NCBI GenBank assembly: GCA_035084275.1
Contig: CM068771.1
Location: 3,906,001 to 3,970,000, forward strand
Origin: Hydrolagus colliei
Taxonomy: Eukaryota
DNA: 64,000 nucleotides
Direction: 5' to 3'
Positions 48,273 to 59,811 of this stretch are shown one piece after another (position 1 is the stretch's first letter; every line of letters begins with the position of its first letter). The notes below the pieces were generated by a model, which ran no database searches, was not told the origin of the DNA, and saw nothing but the letters and a program-made list of their open reading frames with translations. The translations under genes were made by a program, and so were the position numbers.

Positions 48273-49032
48273 CTGTTTCTAATAACAAAAAAAAGAAAAA
48301 AAAAGTTTGGGTTTGCAGAATGACACTGACACAGTTTTTCGTTAGCTCAGTGGTTAAAGTACTTGGCTCGCAGGGGAAAATACCCAGGTTAAATTCTCAG
48401 ACAGAGCAAAACATTGGGCAAGTTTTCTTACCCCGCACCCCGCTGTTTACCCAGCAGTAAGTAGGAACCCAGTTGTTAGTTAATTGGTGGATCACTTTTC
48501 CGGGGGGCAATAATCCCTCCAACCAATAAATAAATGAATCACAATCACTCAGACAATAGAAACTCACTGAGTTCATCGAATCATAGAATATTACTTAAAC
48601 AGTTCATAGAATCATAGAATATTACTTGAAGAGATATTCTAAGAGAAAATCTCACTTGCATTTGATATAGCGCTTTTCACATGTTATCGACGTCTCAAAG
48701 CGCTTCACAGAATATAGTGTAAAGTTAATTGACTGTATATTTTGTGGGCAAAATGCAGCAGCCAATTGCGCACAGCAGCGTCCCCACAAACAGTTGTCGA
48801 TTGAAATGACCAATTTTATTATTATGGATCTAATGATGAACCAAGGATCTCTAATTCCCCCACCATTAGTGGTGGTTGGAAGGGCGATTTGCCCACAAAT
48901 ATATACAGTCAATTTACTTTACAGTATATTCTGTGAAGCTCTTTGAGACGTCAATAAGATGTGAAAAGCCGCTATATCAAATGCAAGAATTATTATTATT
49001 ATTGTTATTATTATTATTATTATTAGTGGGGT

Positions 49033-49340
49033 GCTTTAGCTCAGTGGTTAGGTCACTTGCCTCATAAGCAAGAGATCTAGCTTCAATTCCCGGCAGGACG
49101 AAACCTTGGACAAATTTCCTTACTCCACATGCCAAATAATAATCCCCCCAAAAAAACACAAGAATAAATTGGTAATTTCAATCCATGACTATTTGTGGGT
49201 CACTGCTATGCCCAATTGGCTGCCTCTTTTCACCCACAAATATACTAGTATATTCTGTGAAGCGCTTTGAGACATCTAGAAGATGTGAAAAGCACTATAG
49301 TGAATGCAAGGATTATTATTATTATTATTATTATTATTAA
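49033..49340 (+). mobile_element. Full-length SINE copy
   Basis: tttagctcagtggttagg head to (ATT)n tail. Confidence 0.85.
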
Positions 49341-49539
49341 CACCCCTGTGGCTTACTGCTTTTTCCAGATAATCTCATTGTCTTTTAAAGGCCAACGTTG
49401 ATTCTGCCTCAACCATCAGCCCTGGCAGGGCATTCCATATCCTAACCACTCTGTGAGTACAAATATTTCCCATCACCTCCCCATTGGTTTATTTGGTTCC
49501 GATCTTAATTAAATGTCCTCCATCCATGTAAACAATGAT

Positions 49540-50270
49540 GGCTTGGGCATCAATGTAAAGAGGGTAATTAAGAAAGGGTTAGAGTATAAGAGTAGGGAAG
49601 TTTTGCTGCAGCTGTATAGGGCCTTGGTGAGACCGCGCCTGGAATACTGTGTGCAGTTTCCCAGGTAGCAAGCCCATATGGGACAATTTGGGTTGATCCA
49701 TGCCCATATGGGCCCCACATGGGCTTGCTACCTGGGTTTGGTCTCCTTATTTAAGGAAGGATGTACTTGCCTTGGAGGGAGTGCACGTAGGTTTACTAGG
49801 TTGGTACCTGGGATGAGGGGGATGAGTTATGATGAGAGGTTGATTAATTTGGTCCTATATTCTCTGGAATATAGAAGAATTAGAGGTGATCCTATAGAAA
49901 CCCATAAGATTATTAAGGGGCAGGACAGAGTAGATAGTGGAGACTGTTTCCCCTGGTTGGAGAAACTGTAACCAGGGGTCACAGTCTTAAAGTCAGGGGT
50001 CAGCCCTTTCACACTGAGTTGAGAAAAAACTTCTTCACTCAGAGGGTAGTGAATTTATGGAATTCTTTACCCCAAAAGGCTGTTGATGCTCAGTCGTTGG
50101 ACATATTCAAGACTGAGTTGGATAGATTTCTCATTTGTAAAGGGATTACGGAGTATGGGGATAAGGCAGGGAGCTGGAGTTGGAGTAGAATATCAGCCAT
50201 GATTGAATGGCGGAGCAGGCTTGATGGGCCGAATGGCCTACTCCTGCTTCTATTTCTTATGTTCTTATGT
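49540..50270 (+). mobile_element. Old CR1 3-prime fragment (hosts the 77-bp MITE)
   Basis: RFTRLVPGMRG and FTQRVVNLWN remnants. Confidence 0.85.
49660..49736. mobile_element. 77-bp MITE with 23-bp TIRs and TT TSD
   Basis: cccaggtagcaagcccatatggg ... cccacatgggcttgctacctggg; the host CR1 gcagTTTTgg became gcagTTT|MITE|TTTgg. Confidence 0.85.
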
Positions 50271-50383
50271 AATCAATCGGATCCCAGACAATAACCAGTC
50301 ACTGAGAGCAGTGTCACATGCCAGTGACACGGGCGGGTTAGAAAAATAATTGTTATATTACTTTTTTCAATGTATTTCCTTAC

Positions 50384-50441
50384 CAGCCAGTGAGAAGAGG
50401 AGCACAAGCCATAGGACCTGAATACAGTGTTTCCAGATCAT
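50384..50441 (-). CDS. BTN-B signal peptide exon (MIWKHCIQVLWLVLLFSLA)
   Basis: ATG at 50441, donor G|GTaagg, 58 nt; paralog of 31129-31186. Confidence 0.85.
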
Positions 50442-50783
50442 CTTCTCAGGCCTTCACGATGAGATCTGAACTGGTAACAACAGCAAATCAGTTAATTACA
50501 CACAGAGATTTGCGATCATACTTATGCACAATAAATAAATCTTTTCAATGGGCGCTTTGCCTTTACAGGAATTTGTAATACAGTGACTCACATCTCATTG
50601 AGTGAGTGAAGTATTCACATCTCACCCAGAGTGAATAATCGAGTGAGCGAATGAGTCAGCGGTCGAGCCTCTGAGTGAGAATGGCTCAGTCACTATGATA
50701 TTACCAGAAGGGTAGAGAGAACATTGTATTGTTTAACGTAGTCTGTGAATTTTGCACAAAAAAAGGGATGGTAAGGGGGAGGA

Positions 50784-51079
50784 TAGGGAACGGCGATATA
50801 TCGGTATATCGGTAAAACCCGATATGATTTTCAGATCGGTATGCCGATATGGTGATTCTAAAAATATCGTTATATCGCGAAATTCGATTTTAAAAATATA
50901 TATCGTTATATTTTTAATATCGTTCCTGGCAATATATCAATATTCAAGGCCGTACGCAGGGGGGGGCGACGGGTGCGTACGCACCCCCCCAAATTATAAA
51001 AGGTCCACATTTTCCGGGGTAGAGAATTGTATTTTTTATCAAATTTAAATACCAAGTAAATTTATTGAACATTTGTGCA
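50784..51079. mobile_element. hAT-like MITE left end (TAGGGAACGGCGATATATC), interrupted by a second element and the gap
   Basis: CGATAT-rich subterminal repeats shared with 52106-52333. Confidence 0.55.
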
Positions 51080-51279
51080 NNNNNNNNNNNNNNNNNNNNN
51101 NNNNNNNNNNNNNNNNNNNNNNNNNNNNNNNNNNNNNNNNNNNNNNNNNNNNNNNNNNNNNNNNNNNNNNNNNNNNNNNNNNNNNNNNNNNNNNNNNNNN
51201 NNNNNNNNNNNNNNNNNNNNNNNNNNNNNNNNNNNNNNNNNNNNNNNNNNNNNNNNNNNNNNNNNNNNNNNNNNNNNNN
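51080..51279. other. Assembly gap (200 N)
   Basis: Directly visible. Confidence 1.
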
Positions 51280-52105
51280 TTGTTTGTGCGCAATTGGCTG
51301 CCACGATTCGCCCATGAACACACAGTCACTTCACTTCACAGTATATTCTATGCAACGTTTGAGACGTCTAGAAGACTTGAAGAGTGCTATATCAAATGTA
51401 AGGATTATTATCATTACTGTATATATTGTATTACAGATACATACACACATAGAATTTCTATGTACTGTAGTAGGTAAAATATTTTTTTTAATGTAAGTTT
51501 ACTGATAATCTATTTTGCTTTGCAAAACGGTACAGTACTTTCACTTCACAGAATTAGAAGTAAATATTTATCTGATATTTATTGGTTTTAACACATGTTT
51601 TGAATTATTTATTTAATAAAATAAATAGTTCAATTATAAACCTCCCTACCTATCTGATCTGCTTGCCCCAAGTCACTTTAAAGAACATACAGCATTGTAA
51701 ATCAAATTGACTGTAAAGGATCTGTCATTAAAACACTGGTACTAAAAAGGAACCGGCTATTCTTTTCCTCTGGTCATGTAAACATTTCCTGACTGAACGT
51801 AAAAAGCACAAGCTCGGATCAAGACACAGTGTGACCTGAAAATCTCTTCCTCTTCAGTCCGGATCAGGCAGCAAAATGGCTCTGATGAATGCAGTCAACC
51901 TAGTTTCACTTTCACTCAACATGCCTTCATCTGTCACCATTTTGTTCTGACACACACACAGAAACTATCATACAGTCTAATATAAATTTATCATTTAATT
52001 CACATCATTCATGTTGGCAGAGCGTCCCAAATTGCTTAACAATACAATACAAAATTACATTTGTAAAGCACTTTTCACATCAGAAGGACATCACAAGGTT
52101 GCTAT

Positions 52106-52333
52106 TAGTGTCCGGCGATATATCAATATATCGGTTATATAGCGAACTTTTTCAACTTACCTTGTTGCCGGCATTGCAAACCTCCTGGGCCTAGAGCACG
52201 GAATGCGCGCTCACATCCGAATGCGCGCACATACACAGGATTAAAAAACCCGGCGATATCGATATGTCGATATATTTTTATATGAGCCCATCGATATATC
52301 AATATCGGAAAATTTCCATATCGACGGACCCTA
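52106..52333. mobile_element. 228-bp hAT-like MITE
   Basis: TAGTGTCCGGCGATAT ... ATATCGACGGACCCTA; ttgctat on both sides (7 of an expected 8-bp TSD). Confidence 0.75.
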
Positions 52334-53150
52334 TTGCTATACAATCCTGATTTGGCACCTGAGCTGTGGGTAGGAGCCAAGGGTGGGGGGGAGGGGGAGA
52401 GATTATCAGAAGTGTAACAATCAAATTACAATCATAGTAATTTGTTACAGTACTTCCTCTCCTGTCCCTGTGTTGCTTTTTGTAAGTCTCCCAGTCTGCT
52501 GAATTTCCACTTTTTTATGCATCAGTGCATGACTTTTCTCGTAATTTGAGAACTAAACATTGGGGAACGCTCTCTCTCTATTCCTTTGTCTCGCCCCTTC
52601 CTGCCTCATTTTCAGATCACTTCTTCTTTTACCGTGCTTACGGTCGCCTTCCCCGCCCCCTCCACGCCTTCATCTAGTAAAGAGGAACCTCCCCTACTCT
52701 CTCTCAGTTCCATCTCCTCCTATCTCAGTCATTGCGCCTTCATGGTTTCTCTCCGTCCTCTCCCTCAGTCCCATTCCTCAGAGGATCTAGTACAAAATCT
52801 TTGTTCTTACTTACTTAGGCCCTTCAAGGTCTTGCTGCCCCCTACCACTCCGGCAGACACCATACAGGCTGGTTGTTCTCCTCCAGTAATAAAGATATCA
52901 CTGCCAGATACACGGTCACAGCTGTGAGACCCATCTTTGCCCGAGTGTGAGTTACTTGGAATGGCTTACCAGGAATACCAATGAATCCCAGCAGAGGATA
53001 GACCATTCTCAAGCAGTGCTGGCTTCCTTCTGCTAAAGCTTAAAAACTACATCGCTCCAGAGCTTCCACTCCTTTTTGTAGCTGTGACTCAGGTCCACTG
53101 GGATGTAGATTGCAGAAGCAGGAAGTCACCTTCTCATCTGAAAACAGCAT

Positions 53151-53608
53151 CTAAAGGCAGCTGCTTTCACACCATTCCCCATCCAAGAAAAGAACAACAG
53201 CAATAAACAGAGCAAGCGAGATACTGGGCTCCATCTCTGGATATAAGCTGGTCTCTCTGGTCTCTCTCTGGTCTCGCAGCACCCCTTCCAGGTAGTATGT
53301 TGTGATCTGATATTTTCCACTGTCTGCCATCTCCACATCTTTTAGTATCAAAGAGCAATTGATCGTGAGCTGAACCCAGTCTCTATAGAGAGGATGGACA
53401 ATGTGTGCTTCATCTATAGAGAAGGGATGACCAGAATTCCAGCCGAGGATTTTAATTGAATCGGGCGATTCCTGGTTAACTGTCACCTCGTATTTCACGT
53501 TGTGGCCGTGAATTACAGGGAACTTGACATCTTCCCCAACACAGAGATTGGTGACAGTGTCCGGAGTCGCCCACACAGCCGGGCGGCACGGTCTGACAGA
53601 GAGCAGGA
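53151..53608 (-). pseudogene. Inverted paralogous CD2/SLAM-like IgV exon with a divergent hydrophobic 3-prime end; no leader exon found
   Basis: Same acceptor and upstream intron as 58564; homology ends at ccagcttat (about 53230); the frame stays open to a stop at 53151. Confidence 0.7.
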
Positions 53609-53899
53609 CTGAAAGAGGAGAAACACAGCAAAACATTACAAGCCACAAGGAGACCAAGAGATGCTGAGATGGGACTTGTTGCCAAGTCTGCAGTGATTGG
53701 ACAGAAATATACAGTTGACAGTAGCAGATCTAAACGGGTTCTTTACGCAGAAGCTAAACCAAGATAACACCTGTGGTTGTTAAGTATCCCATGGCTTTAT
53801 TCATACAAAAGGAAGTTTCTCTCTACTGGTGTCCTGGCCAGCAATACCCGAAATAAAAAATCCTCACTCACTTCATGGCTATGTCAGTTTTTGTGAGTA

Positions 53900-54372
53900 A
53901 ATTGTGTATTGTGTGAGTGAAACTTTGCATTAAACTTCGCTCCCCCATTACCCCAGGCCTTGCCAGACTTCACTGGCTCCCTGTGTCTGAGATGATCGAT
54001 TTCAAGATGCTCACCGATGTTTTCAAATCCCTCCACTCCTCTGCATCCCCCTACCTCCTCTCTCCTCAAACCAACACCCATTGCCTTCGCTCTATGGGGT
54101 CTGGTCTCCTCCTTGTCCCCAGAATCCTCCGATCCACCATTGGCAGCCATGCCTTCAGCCCCTATGCACCGAGGCTCTGGAACTCCCTTCCTCACTCCCT
54201 TCGCCTCTACCCCCTCTCTTCCCAGTTTCAGGTCTCAGCTAAAGACACTTCTCTTCAACCGCGCCTTCGGTCACCTTTCTCCCCCTGCCCCGCCCCCAGG
54301 ATGCGTTATTGTGAAGCGCTCTGAGACATCGGCGTGGAGGGCGCTATATAAATTGAAGTTGTTCTTCTTCTT
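53900..54372 (+). mobile_element. L2 (subfamily B) 3-prime fragment
   Basis: [16 protein letters not shown]; tail gtgaagcgctctgagacatcggcgtggagggcgctatataaattgaagttgtt. Confidence 0.8.
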
Positions 54373-54766
54373 GTTGAAACCTGGCAGCCAGTTTTGCACA
54401 TTATCATCAAATTGACTCATAAAGTAGCTGACAGGATTTCATTATAAGACTGTATTGGTAGATGAAAGCAGCACAGTTTGCAGTATATTTTTTGAGTGAT
54501 TTAAGAGTCTTAATATAGTAAAGTGCTATATCAAATGCAAGTATTATTACTGTGTCATTAAGCACTATTATTAAATACAGGATTAGTATTTTTATATCAC
54601 TGTCTCTTCAATGAGATACGCACAATCTGGTTTGGACCAACACATGCATAATGGGTTTCCACAAGGTCTGGACACTCGGCTGCAAAACAATTGTGTGTAT
54701 AGAGTGACATTTACAGAGTGTGTATAGAGTGTGATATTGACATTGATGTGACATTGTGTGTTTCCG

Positions 54767-54930
54767 AGCCTGTGGCCCAGCCCTGGTGATAATAACCACT
54801 AACTGCTCTGTGCCAGTGGCCACTCTGCACTGCTCTGGTCTCAATGGTACAAACCCACTGTTTCACTGGGAGAGAGTCTCAGAGCCTCTGCTGGTAACCG
54901 GGTCATCTACAATGGAGCCACGTTACATCC
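54767..54930 (+). pseudogene. Dead CD2/SLAM-like C2 exon fragment
   Basis: Paralog of 59812-59975 including the upstream intron; acceptor AG changed to CG, early frameshift, truncated by L2. Confidence 0.8.
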
Positions 54931-54959
54931 TCCAATAATTATTCCTCAAACCCCCATAC

Positions 54960-55645
54960 AGTCTCTCACGGCGTCCCCCAGGGCTCTGTCCTCGGCCCCC
55001 TCCTTTTCACCATATACACTCTCCCTCTGGGCAATGTCATCCGCAAACATGGGGTAAACTTCCACATGTATGCGGACGACACCCAGCTGTACCTCTCAGC
55101 CTCATCCCTCAACCCCCAGACCATCGATGTTCTGACAGCATGTCTGTCCGACATCGAGTCCTGGACGAGGGACATCTCCCTCCAATTGAACGTGAGTAAG
55201 ACCGAGGCCCTCCTGATTGGCTCAATCCAGCGCCCCCGCACATCGGGCGCTGCCAGCCTCAACATCCAAGGCTGCACTCTCCACCTCACAAAGCCAATCA
55301 GGAACCTCGGCATCATGTTCGATCAAAAACTTTCCTTCCTCCCCCACATCCGCGCCTTGACCGGCACCGCTTATTTCCACCTGCACAATATTGCCAGGCT
55401 CCGCAACTATCTCACCCCCCGCGCTGCCGAAACACTCGTGCACGCATACATCACCTCACGGCTGGACTATGGAAACTCTCTCCTCGTCGGCCTCCCCAGT
55501 TCCTCCATTCACAGGCTGCAGGTCATCCCAAACTCTGCAGCCCGTGTACTATCCCGCACCCGCCTCCGCGACCACATAACCCCCACCCTCGCCCGTCTCC
55601 ACTGGCTCCCCATCCTCTAGAGGATCGAGTTCAAGATCCTCGTCC
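54960..55645 (+). mobile_element. L2 RT fragment, truncated by an unclassified repeat at 55646
   Basis: [25 protein letters not shown]; nearly identical to 5250-5575. Confidence 0.9.
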
Positions 55646-55905
55646 TGTAAATGTTAGCGCTGGGCGCAAGGCATCACTGGGAACGATTTTTTTCATATAT
55701 GAAAACACAGTAGGGACCTCCCTCTGAATGCAATTTTTGCCACACAGAGGTTTTGAAGTCCCATTTTACTTGGCGTCTTTTCTCGCTGTCATTTTTTCGT
55801 TAAGTATCAGTAGGTTCTGCTGAAAATACTTTTTTAAACTACAAAATACTGTTTTTAGCTTTCAGGAGTACTGTTTTTTGTAAAAGAAAGTTGGCAGCTA
55901 TGCGT
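55646..55905 (+). repeat. Unclassified repeat (second copy at 23564-23818)
   Basis: ctgtaaatgttagcgctggg...aaacacagtagggacctccct...ctacaaaatactgtttttagct...cagctatg shared. Confidence 0.8.
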
Positions 55906-56244
55906 AAGTATTTTGATTAATTAACTAATGTTGAACTTGCATATGTTTACTAATTTGCATTGATAAAAATGCAGTAACCTTTACATCCTGGATTGATGAG
56001 AGGAATGGGAATTTTTTAATGTGATTAGTATACTTTTAATGTACAATAGTAATGTCTCAAAGCGTTTCACAATATACAATGTAAAGTGACAGTGTATTTT
56101 TCAGAAAAACACAGCAGCCCATTTGCACACAGAAGTGACAATCACAGTCAAGGATTGATTCACCAAATTATTTTATTATTTTTGGGGGTATCATTACCCC
56201 TGGAACGTGATCTGCCAATTGACTAACCACCGGATTGCGACTTA

Positions 56245-56760
56245 TTACTAAGGGATAGGAGGTCACGGATGTAGGGTGGGGGGGCGAGCTTGTGGAGAGA
56301 TTTAAATGTGAGGACCAGTATCTTGATTTGGATCCTCTGGATGATGGGGAGCCAATGGAGCCAGGCGAGGATGGGGGAGATGGGATTATAGAGTTTGGAA
56401 TGGTAGAGGACACAGGCAGCAGAGTTCAGGATTATCTGCAGCCTGAGGAGGGAGGAATTGGGAAGGCCGACAAGCTGGGCGTTTGCATAATCGAGGTGCG
56501 ATATAATGAATGCGTGAATGAGGGTTTCAGCGGCTTTAGGGGTGAGATAAAGTAGGGCAAGGGCCAATTAGAGACAGCAGGTGGTGGAGAGGGGGATAAG
56601 CATATTGAATTGTTAGGGAGGTGCGAGGAAAGAAGGGATTTGAAAACAATTGAGACGATCTGATCCTTAATTGGGAGCCAGTGAAGCCTGACAAGGGCCA
56701 GTACGATGGGGTAGAGAGTTTTGTGTGGGTTAGTATCCAGACGACAGAGTTTATAATCAT
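56245..56760 (-). mobile_element. Old L2 fragments
   Basis: AAETLIHAFIISHLDYAN, LAWLHWLP. Confidence 0.75.
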
Positions 56761-57036
56761 AATTAGTTGAATTTATAAATGCAGCCGGGAAGAGATGAAG
56801 GCATGGACCAGGGTTTCAGCTATTTTTGTTGTGAGTTACTGACGGAGGTGTGCAGCAGTAACACTTGCCTCAGAAACCTAGCACAGGAAACATTGTCATC
56901 TTAGTTCCGAGTTGACTCGTCTATTCGTTTGAATTTTGCTGTTAGTGTCACAAGGTACAACGTGGGCCAATCAGTGTATTACAGGATGGAGTTTGTAAAA
57001 CACTTGATAAACTTTTAGTGGTAATTTCTCTCTTTT

Positions 57037-57086
57037 AAAAGAGGAAGCATTTAGATTAAGTTCACCCCGTGGAGGTGAACTTAATC
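57037..57086 (+). promoter_or_regulatory. Candidate promoter of the CD2/SLAM-like gene: PU.1/ETS-like motif plus 13-bp hairpin
   Basis: AAAAGAGGAAGC at 57037-57048; gattaagttcacc/ggtgaacttaatc stem at 57054-57086; ATG at 57143. Confidence 0.4.
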
Positions 57087-57142
57087 ATTCACAATCTCGA
57101 TACGTGAGAAGATATCGGCTGGAGTTCATCCATTCACTAAAC

Positions 57143-57170
57143 ATGGCAGCTATCTTCAGAGTTATTGCAG
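57143..57170 (+). CDS. CD2/SLAM-like gene exon 1, start of signal peptide (MAAIFRVIA)
   Basis: aacATGGc Kozak context, donor gcaG|GTaata, phase 1; splices to give MAAIFRVIAVLLCVRPCRPAVWA. Confidence 0.6.
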
Positions 57171-57359
57171 GTAATAATCATCCAAGTGTAGAAGTTTGGT
57201 GTTTATCTAGTGCCACTGTTAAAATCCCCTTTTGACAGATAAAAAAATATTTATATTGAAGCTAACCTTTCCCTCAAAATACTCCCTTGTATATCATCCT
57301 CCCAAACCCTCCCCAATCTTCCTCTTGGACATCTCCAACTTATCTTCCCTCTGCCTTTA

Positions 57360-57635
57360 CTACAACAACAACAAAATTATTTACAGAGCGCCCTTCACGC
57401 TGGGAGTTCATCCCAAGGCGCTGAACAGTTAGGTCGGGACCCGAGCGGGGGTTGGGAGATGGGTGAGGATGGGTCGGGGTAGGGGCAGAGGGAAGGAGAG
57501 GAGGAAAGGGGGGCAGAGTTAGGAGGGCAGCAGATGGCGCGGTCAAAGAGGAAGGTCTTGAGACCAGCCTTGAAGGAGAAAAGGGAGGAAGCGAGACGAA
57601 GGGATTGCGGGATGGAGTTCCAGAGTTAACTCCAC
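57360..57635 (-). mobile_element. L2 3-prime fragment
   Basis: Reverse-complement subfamily A tail. Confidence 0.75.
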
Positions 57636-58563
57636 TATCCCTCTCCCTTCCGCCACTCAAAGCAACCTGGAAAAATAAATCCCACCACCCACTGCCTCCA
57701 TTGCCTTGGAATTATCTAAATTCCTCCCACTGTGGGCTTCCTCTCACAATGACCTATCCTCCTCATTCACTCTCCTCCACTACACCTTCTCCACTGGTCT
57801 TGATGCCCTTGTTCCCCTCACTTTCTGAACCATTTCCTTCTCATGGAAAGTCATCCTGGTATACCAGCCACATCCACTCCCTTAAAGTACAGATGTATTT
57901 CAATTAATGCACCTGCCTCAAATCCAATTTAAGGTACAAATCACTGGACAAGTATATTTTTTAAATTCCCCAAAAGTGCTGATGCCACAGATGCGGGAGA
58001 AGTGTGTTGGATTAATGGCTGTGTTTCTCTTAGGAGTATATTTCATTTAGAAAGTTGTTGTTCTTCCTCAGTTTGCTGCTCAACCCAAGGCAGTGACATG
58101 TTTGGCCAGAGGCAAAATACCTAATCCAGGGATTGTCTGCAAGGACGTCCAATCACCCGTATCATTAACATGCACTTGAGCAGGCACACAAGCAGCTCAG
58201 TTTAATATCTCAGCTGAAGTTTTGTGCAGACAAGAACACGGGCAGCAGGATTTTGTATGACCTGGACCTTGTGGTTGGTGGAACTGGGGAGAGCAGTGAA
58301 GAGAGGTTGAGAAATCGGGTTGGTGTTAACAAAGGTGTGGGATTGGGATGGAGGCGGTCTGTTAGAATTAAACTTCAACCATAGCTTTTTTGTTTGTGGG
58401 TTCCACACTCTTCACCATTCTCTATGTAAACAACCCGTTTAGATCTGCTACTGCCTACTTTATATTTCTGTCCTATCAATGTAGACTTGGCAACAATTCC
58501 CATCTCAACATCTCTTAGTTGTCTTGTGCTTTGTAATGTTTTGCTGTGTTTCTCCTCTTTCAG

Positions 58564-58929
58564 TCCTGCTCTGTGTCAGACCGTGCCGCCCGGCTGTGTG
58601 GGCGACCCGGGACACTGTCACTAACCTTTCTGTTGGGCAAGATGTTGAGTTCCCTGTATCTCACAACATGAAATACGAAGTGACACTTTACCAGGAATCG
58701 CCCGATCTAATTAAAATCTTCGGCTGGAATTCTAATCATCGCTTCTCTATAGAAAAGGCACACTTTATACACCCGCTCTATAAAAATCGGGTTGAGATCA
58801 CAATCAATGGCCGTTTGTTGCTCAAAGATGTGCAAATGTCAGACAGTGGAAAATATCAGATCATAAGAAACTACCTGGGAGAGAGGCCACGGTGGGGAGA
58901 CCAGCTTATGTTTCACCTGGAAGTATTTG
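58564..58929 (+). CDS. CD2/SLAM-like gene: rest of leader plus cysteine-free IgV domain
   Basis: ctcctctttcAG acceptor, G|GTgagt donor, 366 nt; VGQDVEFP, GW, YKNRVE, LLLKDVQMSDSGKY. Confidence 0.85.
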
Positions 58930-59104
58930 GTGAGTACTGCTCCATCTTGCCTCTGAGTCAGAATGTTGTGGTTCAAGCCTCACATTTTGGCACTGAACTC
59001 CAATACTCTTCATATGTCATCGTAGGTGTTAAGCTATGGATGAAACATTAACCCTATTGCTTGCTTGTGGTTATTAAAAATCCCATGTCCTATTTGAAAG
59101 GGAA

Positions 59105-59560
59105 AGGAAACTTCTCCTGGCTCTGTTGGCTCCCCGTCCCCCAGAGGATTGAATTCAAGATCCTCAGCCACACTTTCAAGGCCATTCATGGACTTGCCCT
59201 TTCCTATCTCTCCGACCTGCTGACTCACTACCAACCTGCTGGTCCCCTCTGTTCAGTGGGCTCTGGTCTGCTCCATGGTTCCCGCCTGACCCGCCCTATC
59301 ATTGGTGACTGAGAGGTTCAGCCTCTCTGACCCGACACTCTGGAACTCCATCCCACAGTCCCTTTGCCTCGGTTACTCCCTTGCCTCCTTTCCCTTTAAG
59401 ACCCTCCTTTTCGATCATCCCTTCTGCCACCCTCCCACCTCTCTTCCTCCCCTCTCCCCTACTCTGCTCCAACCCCATGCCCCAACTGCAGACTGTTCAG
59501 CACCTTGGGACATCCTCCCGACCTGAAAGATGCTCTTTAAATGACATTTTGTTGTGGTTG
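59105..59560 (+). mobile_element. L2 3-prime fragment
   Basis: WLPVPQRIEFKIL; subfamily A tail. Confidence 0.75.
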
Positions 59561-59811
59561 TGTTGTTGTCAATTGTGTTGTCTCTGTTCTATCTGCTCAG
59601 CTACTGGACTCCACTGTCATTCGGCTTTATATTAAATGCATGATTAATATTTATTTATCATAGTCTCTTCAATGAGACACTACAGTCAAGTTTGCCATCA
59701 CAAACCTGAGGTGTTTGCACATTGTCCAGACATTGGGCGGAGCAAACGATTGTGTGTAAAGAGTGACACTTACTGTGTGATACTGACATTGATGTGACAA
59801 TTGTGTTTCAG

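Noticed and set aside
50944-51496. ORFs spanning the N run
   Set aside because: Assembly gap artefacts
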